Shown: positions 18,669 to 28,931 of the stretch, piece after piece
Layout of the letters: every line of letters starts with the position of its first letter
Position numbering within the stretch: the stretch's first letter is position 1
Source of the DNA: an uncultured Mycoplasmatota bacterium
GTDB taxonomy: Bacteria; Bacillota_I; Bacilli_A; RF39; UBA660
Assembly: GCA_948466395.1 (NCBI GenBank)
Contig: CAOKAG010000003.1
Span: 11,062 to 75,061 of the forward strand
Length of the DNA stretch: 64,000 bases
Direction: 5' to 3'
Position numbers and translations under genes: made by a program
Notes under the pieces: model-generated
What the model was told of the DNA's origin: nothing
Databases searched by the model: none
What the model saw: only the letters and a program-made list of their open reading frames with translations

Positions 18669-20403
18669 TGACCGTTACCAAATCATCAAATCCATTGGTG
18701 AAGGCGGTATGGCCAATGTCTACTTGGCCTACGATACCATACTCGATAGAAACGTTGCTGTAAAATTATTAAGAGGGGATTTATCCAGCGATGAAAAATT
18801 TGTTCGTCGTTTTAGAAGAGAAGCTTTATCCGCTAGTAGTTTAAACCATCCAAACATAGTTGAAGTTTATGATGTAGGAGAAGAGGGTGGAGACTATTAC
18901 ATCGTAATGGAATACATTGAAGGCAAACACCTTAAAGACTTAATAAAAAAACGAGGAAAACTAACCATCAGCGAAGTCGTGGACATCATGATGCAAATCA
19001 CCGATGGAATGAGTTTAGCTCATGACTCTTACATCATCCATCGTGACATCAAACCACAAAACATCATGATTTTAGAAAATGGATTAGTCAAAATTACAGA
19101 CTTTGGCATCTCGACCGCTATGAATGCAACACAACTCACGCAAACCAATTCCGTTATGGGAAGTGTCCATTACATTCCCCCTGAGCAAGCAAGTGGTAAA
19201 GGGTCCAGTTTACAAAGCGACATTTACTCTATGGGAATTGTCATGTACGAACTCTTAACTGGAAAGTTACCTTTTAGAGGAGACAACGCAGTAGAAATTG
19301 CTTTAAAACATTTAAAAGAACCCATACCAAATATTAAAGAAGAATTACCAAGTTTACCAAATAGTCTTGTAAACATTATTTTAAAATCCACCGCTAAAAA
19401 TCCGAAGAATCGTTACAACGACGCTCGAGAAATGCATGAAGATTTAAAAACGTGTTTAGAAGAAAATCGGATAAAAGAACCAGTCATTTCTTATAAGCAC
19501 CCTGAAAATAATTTTGATGATAATAAAATCAATAAAATGCTTAAAGAAAATCCCAAAAAAGAAAGTGAAGGAGTGATTCCTATAGCAAAGCAAATTACCA
19601 AAAATGACTTAAAAAAGCAAAACAAACTTTTAATAATTCTAGCCGCCATCTTTACAGGATTAGTTGTAATTATTACTTGTATTGTTGCTTTAGTCCCAAT
19701 CATAACCAAAGAAAGTGAAATTTTAGTACCAGATGTCACCAAGATGAGTGTGAGCAAAGCGATACAAGTCTTACAAGATACGGGCTTCATTGTGAGTGAT
19801 GAACAACAAGAACAATCAAGTAGTGAAGTGGCAGAAGGCCATATTATCAAAACCAATCCCTTAGCTGGAAGCAAACGAACTAAAAATACAGAAATTACCT
19901 TATATGTATCAATTGGAGATACCAAAATTACCCTTGAAAATTACGTTGGAAAAAATTACTTAGAAGTAAAAGGAGCATTAGAAGCACTAGGGCTTCAAGT
20001 CTTAATTGAAAAGAAAAACGTAGAAAACCCTGATAGCGTAAAAGATGGAGAAATCATTGACCAATCCGTTGCTGGAGGAGAAAAATTATCAAGTGGGGAC
20101 AACATAACCTTATACATCCCAAATATTATCAGCAAATACCCTAATTTTACGGGTGGAACGTATACCATTGAAGAAATACAAGCCTTTTGTGACGACTATG
20201 GTGTAAAACTAAAAATTGAAGAAGTCACGAATAGTGGTGAACCTGAAGGAACCATTCTTGGACAAGATAAGCCTGAAGGTTTTACCATTCGTTCAGGTGT
20301 GACACTGACCATTAAAGTAGCCAAAGGGACACCAGAAGAAGACCCCGATGGAGAAGCGTGTTACGATGATTTAGGAAACAAAATACCATGCAACAACAAT
20401 TAA
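18631..20403 (+). CDS. prkC: Ser/Thr protein kinase with TM and three PASTA domains (PrkC/PknB)
   Basis: 'HRDIKPQN' and 'DFGIS' kinase motifs, a TM segment 'LLIILAAIFTGLVVIITCIVALV', then three PASTA repeats. The true start may be at M5/M7 (18643/18649). Confidence 0.85.
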   Translation: MVIQMIMKGQKISDRYQIIKSIGEGGMANVYLAYDTILDRNVAVKLLRGDLSSDEKFVRRFRREALSASSLNHPNIVEVYDVGEEGGDYYIVMEYIEGKHLKDLIKKRGKLTISEVVDIMMQITDGMSLAHDSYIIHRDIKPQNIMILENGLVKITDFGISTAMNATQLTQTNSVMGSVHYIPPEQASGKGSSLQSDIYSMGIVMYELLTGKLPFRGDNAVEIALKHLKEPIPNIKEELPSLPNSLVNIILKSTAKNPKNRYNDAREMHEDLKTCLEENRIKEPVISYKHPENNFDDNKINKMLKENPKKESEGVIPIAKQITKNDLKKQNKLLIILAAIFTGLVVIITCIVALVPIITKESEILVPDVTKMSVSKAIQVLQDTGFIVSDEQQEQSSSEVAEGHIIKTNPLAGSKRTKNTEITLYVSIGDTKITLENYVGKNYLEVKGALEALGLQVLIEKKNVENPDSVKDGEIIDQSVAGGEKLSSGDNITLYIPNIISKYPNFTGGTYTIEEIQAFCDDYGVKLKIEEVTNSGEPEGTILGQDKPEGFTIRSGVTLTIKVAKGTPEEDPDGEACYDDLGNKIPCNNN

Positions 20404-21227
20404 AAAGAGGAAAGATTATTCGAATTATCAGTAATCTCTATACCGTTGAATTAGAAGATAAAACATTAGATTGTCACGCTAGAGGTAAATTCCGTAAAGA
20501 AAAAATAACCCCTCTTGTAGGGGATTTTTGCTATGTAGATGAAGAAAATCATTACATTTTAGAAATCGAGCCACGTAAAAATGTGTTAGAAAGACCCACC
20601 ATTGCTAATATGGATTTTGCGCTCATTGTAACGAGTGTAAAGCTTCCAAACTTAAGTTTAAACCTTTTAGATAAAACGCTTTCATTAATGCTCATCAACA
20701 AAATTGAACCCATCCTTTGTTTTACTAAATTAGATTTATTAAACGAAGAAGAACAAAAACAGATTGATAAAATCATCAACTATTACAAAAAATGCGATTA
20801 TCAAGTCGTAAAAAATACCGAACTAGATAAAATAAAACGTTTATTAAGTGGGAAACAAATTGTCTTAACTGGACAAACGGGTGCTGGAAAATCAACGCTT
20901 TTAAATAAACTTTCTCCAAACCTACATTTAAAAACCGATGAAATTTCACTTGCCTTGGGAAGAGGAAAACACACGACGCGTCATGTAGAACTATTTAAAA
21001 TTGAAGACTTTTTCATTGCTGATACCCCAGGATTCTCCGCTTTAGAAATAAAAGAGATAGAAAAAGAAGCCATCAAAGAAAGTTTTAAAGAATTCAATCA
21101 GTACACCTGTCCTTTTAAAAACTGTTTCCATGATAAAGAAAAAGAATGTCGTATTAAAGAAGCCGTTTTAAAAGAAGAAATATTACTTTCAAGATATCAA
21201 AATTATTTAGATTTTATAAATAGATAG
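20388..21227 (+). CDS. rsgA: Ribosome small-subunit-dependent GTPase A
   Basis: Circularly permuted GTPase motifs ('LTGQTGAGKSTLLN') and a C-terminal Zn site 'CPF..CFH...C'. Confidence 0.85.
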   Translation: MQQQLKRGKIIRIISNLYTVELEDKTLDCHARGKFRKEKITPLVGDFCYVDEENHYILEIEPRKNVLERPTIANMDFALIVTSVKLPNLSLNLLDKTLSLMLINKIEPILCFTKLDLLNEEEQKQIDKIINYYKKCDYQVVKNTELDKIKRLLSGKQIVLTGQTGAGKSTLLNKLSPNLHLKTDEISLALGRGKHTTRHVELFKIEDFFIADTPGFSALEIKEIEKEAIKESFKEFNQYTCPFKNCFHDKEKECRIKEAVLKEEILLSRYQNYLDFINR

Positions 21228-21236
21228 GAGTCAAAT

Positions 21237-21896
21237 ATGAAAACAGCCATTACCTTTTTAAAATGCCGTCAAGGGTTTTATAAAACGATTGATTTAATTA
21301 ATGCCTCGTCCACTGATTATATTCACGTAGATGTCATTGATGGATTATTCGCCGCCAATAAAACTTTTATTGATCAGAAAATGTTTCAATATTTAAAAGA
21401 AAGTCCGAAACAAAAAGATGTTCATTTAATGACATTACATTTAAAAAAATACATAGATGTTTATTCAAATCTAAATCCATTTAGTATCACTTATCAATTT
21501 GAAGCGACCACGAACCATCAAGAAACCATTGATTACATTAAAAGTAAAAATTGTAAAGTAGGTATTGCCATAAGTTCATTAACAGATTTAGAAGAATTAA
21601 TGCCTTACTTAAATCAAATAGATTTAGTCTTAGTCATGACCATCATCCCTGGGTATGGAGGTCAAAAATGTATTCCAGAAACAAAAGAACGTGTTGAAAA
21701 ATTAGATCAGATAAGAAAAGAAAAAAAGTACACTTATTTAATCAGTGTAGACGGTGGAATAAATGACAAAACGATTGCTTACTTTAAAAATGCTCAGTTA
21801 GACATAGCAGTAAGTGGGACTTATATAGTAAACAGTGATTCTTTTGATAGACAAATCGAATCTTTAAAAAAGAACCAATCAGGAACCTTTTCTTGA
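21237..21896 (+). CDS. rpe: Ribulose-phosphate 3-epimerase
   Basis: 'HVDVIDG' and 'ISVDGGIN'. Confidence 0.85.
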   Translation: MKTAITFLKCRQGFYKTIDLINASSTDYIHVDVIDGLFAANKTFIDQKMFQYLKESPKQKDVHLMTLHLKKYIDVYSNLNPFSITYQFEATTNHQETIDYIKSKNCKVGIAISSLTDLEELMPYLNQIDLVLVMTIIPGYGGQKCIPETKERVEKLDQIRKEKKYTYLISVDGGINDKTIAYFKNAQLDIAVSGTYIVNSDSFDRQIESLKKNQSGTFS

Positions 21897-21977
21897 TTTT
21901 TTTAATTTCTTTAAGCTTTACTTTTTTTTGTAATCCGCTATAATAATTTAAAACAGGGAGAGGTGTGAGAAAGGATT

Positions 21978-23024
21978 ATGGATTCAGAAAAAATCGGAAA
22001 ATTTATAAAACAACTTCGTGAAGAAAAAAACTGGACTCAAGAACAATTAGCTGAAAAAATGTTTTATGAAAGAACGAAAGTAAATCGATTAGAAGCTGGG
22101 GAAAAGTTTTTAAAATTGAATGATTTGATTAAAATAACTGAAATATTTAATATTACTTTAGAAGAATTGATTGCAGGTGAAAAACAAAACAAAAATAATA
22201 CTAAAAATATTCAAAAAAAATTTATGCAATATTTACTATTTCAAAATAAAAAATTAAAAATTTGTTTCTTTATTATTCTATTTTTAATTTTATTATGCAT
22301 AGTTTTTTTTAGTACATTTGTTACTTTATATTTTTTTAATAATTATAAAAGTATTCATATTTATAATATTAGAAGTAATTCTGATTACTATAAAATTAAT
22401 AATGGTTTAATGATTCTCTCAAAAGATCGAATCTATTTTAATTTAGGAAATATAACTCCAAAAGTGAATAATATTTCAATCTATAGTGAATTTAATGATG
22501 AAAAAAAATTAGTATATAAAGGAGAACCAAATGTCGTTTTAAGAGATTTTTATGGATATGAGTCTTTAATTTCTTATGAAGATTTTATTAACCAAAATCA
22601 AAATATTTATATAGTGATAAATGAAGAGGAAATAAAACTTAATTTTGATGAAGAATTTGTTAATGATAAGATTATTTATATAGAAGAGGAAAATATTGGA
22701 AGTGATTCTAAAATAGAAGAACAAATTATTCCTAAAAAAATAAAAGAAAATTTTGTATGTGAAGAGAATTCTTGTCATCTGGAAACAAAAAATGAAAATA
22801 TGAATTATATGAATAATATTTTAACTTTAACTAAAAAAAATGAATACTATTATTATAACGCTAGTAGTAAAATTTTAAGTTATGAAAATGATAAAACTCC
22901 AGAAATGAATTTTTCTATTAAATTAAAAAATGATGATTTTGATTGTTTAGAAGGAAACTGTAATAAAGTCGAAAAAATCTATAAAACATTTAAAAAACAG
23001 TACTTACAAAAGTATTTAGAATAG
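21978..23024 (+). CDS. XRE-family HTH regulator with a TM helix and large extracytoplasmic domain (RodZ-like architecture)
   Basis: 'IGKFIKQLREEKNWTQEQLAEKM' HTH_3 motif, TM 'ICFFIILFLILLCIVFFSTFVTLYFF', and a 230-aa Asn/Ile-rich C-terminal domain. Confidence 0.5.
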   Translation: MDSEKIGKFIKQLREEKNWTQEQLAEKMFYERTKVNRLEAGEKFLKLNDLIKITEIFNITLEELIAGEKQNKNNTKNIQKKFMQYLLFQNKKLKICFFIILFLILLCIVFFSTFVTLYFFNNYKSIHIYNIRSNSDYYKINNGLMILSKDRIYFNLGNITPKVNNISIYSEFNDEKKLVYKGEPNVVLRDFYGYESLISYEDFINQNQNIYIVINEEEIKLNFDEEFVNDKIIYIEEENIGSDSKIEEQIIPKKIKENFVCEENSCHLETKNENMNYMNNILTLTKKNEYYYYNASSKILSYENDKTPEMNFSIKLKNDDFDCLEGNCNKVEKIYKTFKKQYLQKYLE

Positions 23025-23095
23025 AATGTGCAAAAATAACACATTCTTTTTTTGACTTGGATGTTATACTGTGCTTAGAAAGGAAGGAATGAAAT

Positions 23096-23815
23096 TTGAA
23101 AAAAATTATTTTACTAATTTTGGTATTACTAATCTTAACAGTACAAAACACAAGTGCTAAAGAAATATTTTATCAAAATGATAACGGAGTGATTTTAACA
23201 AAAGAAGAGTATGATTTTTTTACTAAAATGTATTGGAATGGTTATCAAAAAAATTTAACTATTGAAGATTATAATTATATAAAAGAATTAGATTTATTTG
23301 ATAAGATTGTAGAGAAGAAAACAATTGAATTATTTGATTTTCCAATTGAGAGAAGTTCATCTGTAACAAGTAATTTGAGAATTTTGACAATATCAAAATC
23401 ATGTTCTGGTTCGTGTACTTTTAGTTTAGTAACTAGGTGGATTGGAACTCCTAATGTAAAAAGTTATGATGTTTTTGGAGTAAGAGCAGATAATGTAAGT
23501 ATTAATAATATTAGAAATGCGAGAGTAGAAGGCGATAATTATTATAAGACCTATAGTAATCCTCAGAAAAATAATAATGGATTTGGTTTTTCAATTTTAG
23601 TGCCTAATAAATTCAATGTTATAGCAACTATTACATTTACAACGACTAAAGGCGGAACAGTATATGGAAGTTATCAGCATGCAATGAGAAATACAACTGA
23701 AAATATTAGTAAACAATATTCTATTAATGAAAATGGATTTGGACGAGTATTTGATTTTACTGGAACAGCTAGAAATATTTATGATAATGCTCCTGGTGTA
23801 GATATTGCAGTTTAA
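23096..23815 (+). CDS. Secreted hypothetical protein (signal peptide)
   Basis: TTG start after RBS GGAAGGAA. Signal peptide 'MKKIILLILVLLILTVQNTSA'. Confidence 0.4.
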   Translation: MKKIILLILVLLILTVQNTSAKEIFYQNDNGVILTKEEYDFFTKMYWNGYQKNLTIEDYNYIKELDLFDKIVEKKTIELFDFPIERSSSVTSNLRILTISKSCSGSCTFSLVTRWIGTPNVKSYDVFGVRADNVSINNIRNARVEGDNYYKTYSNPQKNNNGFGFSILVPNKFNVIATITFTTTKGGTVYGSYQHAMRNTTENISKQYSINENGFGRVFDFTGTARNIYDNAPGVDIAV

Positions 23816-23919
23816 ATAAGTTCATTTGTATTTAGATATAAAAGAAAGGTTCTAGGTGGTTAATGAATTAAAAAAATAAGAATGTTTTGGTGAGAATAAA
23901 GGTTATAGAAGGAGAAAAA

Positions 23920-24672
23920 ATGAAAAAAAATAAAATAATTATGATATTTATATTTGTATTGTTTAGTGTTGTTAATGTAAACGCATCTTGCAATAAATAT
24001 TCTGAAGAAGAATTGAATTATATAATAAATAATTCAAATCCAAAAGACTTAGATTTATCTTGTTCAAAAGGAAGCATATTTACACAAGATTATTTAGAAA
24101 GTATTGAAGCCTCATTAAAGGATATTATGAATAATGAACCAGGTATTTCTCCACGTTATTATGTTGATCCAGTTTTAGATATTACTCCCATTCAACAAGA
24201 AAAAAGTAATTATTGTGGACCAGCAAATGTAAAAATGGTTCTACAATATTTAAATGGTTCTTCATTATCACAAATCAATTACGCTAATTCAATGGGAACA
24301 GCTTCTAATGGCACAGGTGTAGAGCAAGTTTTAAATGAATTAAATAAATATAGTCCAAAAAGGTATCAAAAGGTTAATTATATTTCTCAGGATACATTTA
24401 AGTCTATTATAGACAATAATATTGCTAATAATAAACCAATTATTTTGCATGCTCAAACTAAATCCTTAACTAAATATAATGGGCATGCAACAGGTCACTA
24501 TTTAACGGTAAGAGGTCATAGTTTAAGATTGCCAAGCATTACAGTCGATAATGTTCATTATGTAGATTCTAATAATCAAAACTATGGTAATGGAAGTACT
24601 TTTGGGTATCAATATGATAACTTTTCGAATGTTTATGAGACTATTTCTGGATGGCGATATGTAATATATTAA
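23920..24672 (+). CDS. Secreted peptidase C39-like (papain-fold) domain protein
   Basis: RBS AGGAG, signal peptide, catalytic Cys context 'SNYCGPANVKMVLQY', and downstream His 'GHATGHYLTVRGH'. Confidence 0.5.
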   Translation: MKKNKIIMIFIFVLFSVVNVNASCNKYSEEELNYIINNSNPKDLDLSCSKGSIFTQDYLESIEASLKDIMNNEPGISPRYYVDPVLDITPIQQEKSNYCGPANVKMVLQYLNGSSLSQINYANSMGTASNGTGVEQVLNELNKYSPKRYQKVNYISQDTFKSIIDNNIANNKPIILHAQTKSLTKYNGHATGHYLTVRGHSLRLPSITVDNVHYVDSNNQNYGNGSTFGYQYDNFSNVYETISGWRYVIY

Positions 24673-24780
24673 ATTTTAATTAAGAAAGGGTCAAAAGGAC
24701 TCTTTTTATTGTCTTGTATGATATAATAAAAAAAATAGTAATTGTACATTTAAATTATCATAAGAAAGTGAGGATTATAA

Positions 24781-25965
24781 ATGAAAAAAAATGTATCGAT
24801 AAAGAAAAAAGTTCTAATAGTTATTTTAATTATAATTTTGGTTGGAGGAATCGTTATAAAAAGTAATCTCAATCATAAAAATAACCCTAAACAGGAAAAT
24901 GTATTATTAAAAGAGGAAAAAGAGAACAAACCGATTATAAAACCCGTGGAAAAACCTTATTCACTTCAAACAAAAACATTTAATTTAAATCATCATTTAA
25001 AAAAATATAAAAATGAAGCAATCAGTATTGATATCGATTACATAGATAACAATCTAGTATATGGTTCAATATTAAATACAAAAGATGATTCGATTCTATT
25101 TACAACACTTTACCTATTTCAATACAATATAAAAACCGACGAATATAAAGAATTCAAATACAATAAAGGGAGAATATTTGATTATTACATAATAGAGAAT
25201 AATATTTATTATATTTCGGAAAAAATCGAAAATGACATTTACCATTGGCAATTAATCAAATCGGACCTTTCGTTTGAAACCCATCAACAACTAGACTCAG
25301 GTACAATTAAAAATGACATGAATAGTCCTAGAATTCTTTATGATAATAAGGATAACGAGTTATATATCGTAACCATTAAAAATGAGGAAAATAGTCAAAC
25401 TTCAAACTTTTATAAAGTAAAGAACGAACATTTAGAATTATTAGAAACTTTTAAGGGAAATCATGACACAAAAAAAGGACAGTTTATTGATAACATGTTA
25501 TATGTAACCCTTCATAATGGAAAAATTTATTATATTAAAGTAGAGGACTATGAAAAAAATGAAATCATGGAATACGATGTGAAGAAAAAAAATAATAAAA
25601 CGATAAAAGAAGATTTAATAGAAAACTACTATCAAGAATTTTATGTAACAGATTTAGGTCTATTTATAAATTCAAAAAGTCGAGGAAAAATAAACAACTA
25701 TTTTAAAAAGCTAGAATCAGAGGAATGGGTGCAACTAGAAAACTATAACAAAGAATTTTATTTTGGTAGAAAATTAAATAACCATACTTTAACATTTATT
25801 GATGGAGAACAATGGTTTATGTTGGATACCAATAACTTACAGATGTTTGCTGGCCCTAAATATAAAGAACAATACCCTAATTATTATGTATTAGAAGAAA
25901 ATCAAGTACTTTATCAAGATTTTAATGAAAATTGGGTTATTGGAACCTTTAGCGAAAAAAATTAA
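24781..25965 (+). CDS. Membrane-anchored hypothetical protein (N-terminal TM, ~350-aa extracytoplasmic Tyr/Asn-rich domain)
   Basis: RBS GAGGA. TM 'VLIVILIIILVGGIVI'. Intact parent of the degraded copy at 28931-29945. Confidence 0.5.
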   Translation: MKKNVSIKKKVLIVILIIILVGGIVIKSNLNHKNNPKQENVLLKEEKENKPIIKPVEKPYSLQTKTFNLNHHLKKYKNEAISIDIDYIDNNLVYGSILNTKDDSILFTTLYLFQYNIKTDEYKEFKYNKGRIFDYYIIENNIYYISEKIENDIYHWQLIKSDLSFETHQQLDSGTIKNDMNSPRILYDNKDNELYIVTIKNEENSQTSNFYKVKNEHLELLETFKGNHDTKKGQFIDNMLYVTLHNGKIYYIKVEDYEKNEIMEYDVKKKNNKTIKEDLIENYYQEFYVTDLGLFINSKSRGKINNYFKKLESEEWVQLENYNKEFYFGRKLNNHTLTFIDGEQWFMLDTNNLQMFAGPKYKEQYPNYYVLEENQVLYQDFNENWVIGTFSEKN

Positions 25966-25968
25966 AAT
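24801..25968 (+). repeat. Direct repeat copy 1 (~1.17 kb), homologous to 28963-29948
   Basis: Near-identical blocks visible by eye, e.g. 'aatcgttataaaaag.aa.ctcaatcataaaaataaccctaaacaggaaaatg' and 'atcagtattgatatcgattacatagataacaatctagtatatg'. Confidence 0.7.
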
Positions 25969-26315
25969 TATAATATCCAAAACAGAGAAAGTTTTTATAT
26001 AGTTTTAGGATTAAATTAGAAATGAGAAATTTATGAAAACAATTTTAAATTCAAAAAAAAACTAAAATAATAATAGTAATAGGTGTTATTGTTCTATTAT
26101 TTATGGGTTTATATGAATGGATATTAAATCCTAGTGTGAAAATAATATGAGAAATGTTATAAATGATAAAAGATATTAAGTTTAAAACATCCTATTTTTA
26201 ATAAGTAAAGATAAAACTTTTAAATCTCTATTTTATATTATTTTAAATCATTTTTAAATAATTTCTGTCACAGAACTTTGTTAGCAAACTACTGTAGATA
26301 TGAGGAGGAATATTA

Positions 26316-27548
26316 GTGAAAAATAATGAATGGTATTTATTTTTAATAACAAAAATATTTAAAACGAAAAAAAATATAATTTTAATGCTTATTTTAGCAC
26401 TATTATTAATAATATTAAGCACCATTTTTTGTTCAAGTCATACACTACTAAATTATATCCATAATATCAATACAAAAAGTCGAGAAGGTAGAAGTTTTAC
26501 TATTTACAAAGATGAATTATATAATAATTATTTTACAGAAGAAGAAATAAATAAAATAAAAGATTTGAAAAATATAAGTGATGTTTACACATTTAATTAT
26601 AATTATCCAGCATTTATAAGAATAGACCAAAACAAGTCTTTAGCATTACAGGCAGTAGGTCATAACGAATTAGCAAACATTGATATAATAAATGGAAGCA
26701 AAAATATAAGTGGAAACAATATAATTTGTCCTTCAAATTTAACTTTTAGTGATAAAAATGATTCTCGCGACTTTGTTAATGGTAATGATTACATTGGAAC
26801 AAATTTTAATATAACAATGCAAAAGATAGGATGGACAGAAGATGAATATAACCCTACTTCGATTCTTTTAGATTCTAAAAATAAAATATATCATGTAATA
26901 GGAACTTATGATTCTGAAAAATATATGTTAGAAAATTATATATGCTTAACTTCTTTTGAAAATGTAAAAGAAATAAGAGATTTTGAAAACGTAAATGATG
27001 AATCGGTAATGCCTGACCCTAATCTATATGTTTTGGTAAACAAAGGAAGTAATGTCGAAAGAGCGAAAGAAGATATCCGAAAAATAATTGAAAGTGATTT
27101 AATTATTCAGAGTACTTTTGTTTATGATTTTGAATTTTTATTGATAGTAGGAGGAATTTCTTTAGGTGTAATCTTTTTTGGAATCTTAATGATTTTTGTC
27201 ATAATAGATTTAAATATCAAAAGAAATCTGAGTCAGCAAGAAAAAGAGATTTTGTTATATCGAAGCATAGGGTATGATAAGAATCAAATTCGAAAAATCT
27301 ATTTATTTCAGTATTTTATTATTTTAAGTTTAGCTTTTCTTATTTCAATTATTATTTTTATCATTTTATTTTTAATAGTTAAAAAATATTTGACTAAAAC
27401 AGCTATTTTTCATTTAATTAAAATAACCTATAACTTTGTAGAGATTATGTTGTTAATCACAATAGGTATCTTATTACCAATCTACAAAATACGAAAAAAG
27501 TTAAATAATATTTTAAATATAGATAATATTAGAGAGGTAAAAGAATAA
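26316..27548 (+). CDS. ABC transporter permease, FtsX/MacB-like (1 TM + large extracytoplasmic loop + 3 TM)
   Basis: GTG start after RBS GAGGAGG. C-terminal FtsX-like TM triplet. Confidence 0.6.
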   Translation: MKNNEWYLFLITKIFKTKKNIILMLILALLLIILSTIFCSSHTLLNYIHNINTKSREGRSFTIYKDELYNNYFTEEEINKIKDLKNISDVYTFNYNYPAFIRIDQNKSLALQAVGHNELANIDIINGSKNISGNNIICPSNLTFSDKNDSRDFVNGNDYIGTNFNITMQKIGWTEDEYNPTSILLDSKNKIYHVIGTYDSEKYMLENYICLTSFENVKEIRDFENVNDESVMPDPNLYVLVNKGSNVERAKEDIRKIIESDLIIQSTFVYDFEFLLIVGGISLGVIFFGILMIFVIIDLNIKRNLSQQEKEILLYRSIGYDKNQIRKIYLFQYFIILSLAFLISIIIFIILFLIVKKYLTKTAIFHLIKITYNFVEIMLLITIGILLPIYKIRKKLNNILNIDNIREVKE

Positions 27549-28215
27549 TGATAAAATTAGAAAATATAAATAAAAGTTTTTATAAAAAAAGGAAGAAATA
27601 ACAATTTTTAAAAATATGTGTTTTAATTTTGAATCAAATAAAGTTTATGCCATCATTGGAAAAAGTGGTAGTGGAAAAACAACATTAATTCATATACTAG
27701 GACTTTTAGATACTTTTGATTCGGGAATTTATTCCATAGATAATACAACAATTGCCACATTAAATGATAACGAATTATCCAAAATAAGAAAAGAAAAAAT
27801 TGGCTTGATTTTTCAGGACTATTATTTAAATCCTCGACTGACCGCTAGAGAAAACGTTTTAATTGCCGCCTATTTAAATACAAAAATTTCAAAAGAACAA
27901 AGAGAAGCAAAAGTAAGAGAAATATTAAAAAAATTAAATTTAGAAAATAGAATCAATCATTATCCTAATGAATTGTCTGGAGGAGAACAACAAAGAGTTT
28001 GTATTGCTCGAGCTCTAATTAATGATCCTAAATATATTTTGGCAGATGAACCAACAGGAGCTTTAGATAATGAAAATAGTAAAATTATTATGGAAAAATT
28101 ACTTAATTTAAAAAAAGAGAACAAATGTGTAATCATAGTAACACATGACTTAAGTGTAGCGAAGCGAGCAGATGAAATCTTAGAACTTAAGAATTTTAAT
28201 CTGGAGAAAAAATAA
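27548..28215 (+). CDS. ABC transporter ATP-binding protein with an apparent frameshift at an A7 tract (27591-27597) separating the first 16 codons from the rest
   Basis: Walker A 'GKSGSGKTT', signature 'LSGGEQQR', Walker B 'ILADEPTG'. The ATG at 27548 encodes '[14 protein letters not shown]' and then hits a stop. One extra A would give the continuous '[46 protein letters not shown]'. Confidence 0.65.
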
Positions 28216-28931
28216 TGCATTTATTTTTAATAAATACAATTAAAAAAAAGAATTTTAAAAGTTATTTTTTTACTTTATTTATTTTGAATTTAGGCTTATT
28301 TTTAATTAAAACGATAAGTATTAGTTTAAATGAACAAATTGTATTGAAACAAAATGAAATCCAGTATCGCAGTATTATGATAGAACCCATAAGCGATGAA
28401 ACTTTTTTTAGCACTTTAAAAAATAATCTAAATATTATGGAAATAAATAATAAAGAAGATCATTTAGAAATTATTGTAAGTGATTTTCGACACGTAAAAG
28501 AAATTACCGACGTCTTAGAAGGTAAATATTTGTATGAGACAGTTAAGTTTAATCAAGACAATAATTTACTATTTTTAATGAATTTTGTATGTATCTTAAT
28601 AAAAACTAGTATTTATGTATTTTTAGGGATTATTATTTTTCAGTTTAATTTTGACGACAAAAAAGTAATACAAATTTTAAGTGCTATAGGTTATTCAAAC
28701 AGAAAACTATTTTTAATTCAAATGGTATGTTTTGGTATCATCTGGAGTTGTCCCATTTTAGCAAGTTTACACATGGAGCTTTTAATAAACCTTTTTTTAA
28801 AGAATTATTTAATTATAAATAAGAATCGCGTTATAAAAGAATACTTGAAATTATTGTTAAATGCTTATGTAATACCTATTATTTTATATTGTATTTCGTA
28901 TTATTTGACAAATAGTAAGAAAAAATTATAA
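28215..28931 (+). CDS. Second FtsX-like membrane protein (1 + 3 TM, short loop), probable accessory permease
   Basis: The start overlaps the ATPase stop (taATG). Hydrophobicity pattern only. Confidence 0.4.
   Translation: MHLFLINTIKKKNFKSYFFTLFILNLGLFLIKTISISLNEQIVLKQNEIQYRSIMIEPISDETFFSTLKNNLNIMEINNKEDHLEIIVSDFRHVKEITDVLEGKYLYETVKFNQDNNLLFLMNFVCILIKTSIYVFLGIIIFQFNFDDKKVIQILSAIGYSNRKLFLIQMVCFGIIWSCPILASLHMELLINLFLKNYLIINKNRVIKEYLKLLLNAYVIPIILYCISYYLTNSKKKL

Noticed and set aside
26033-26150. Possible 40-aa TM peptide upstream of the ABC permease that becomes continuous if an A9 tract were A8
   Set aside because: It has a weak RBS, is very short, and needs a hypothetical indel. Not supportable from sequence alone.
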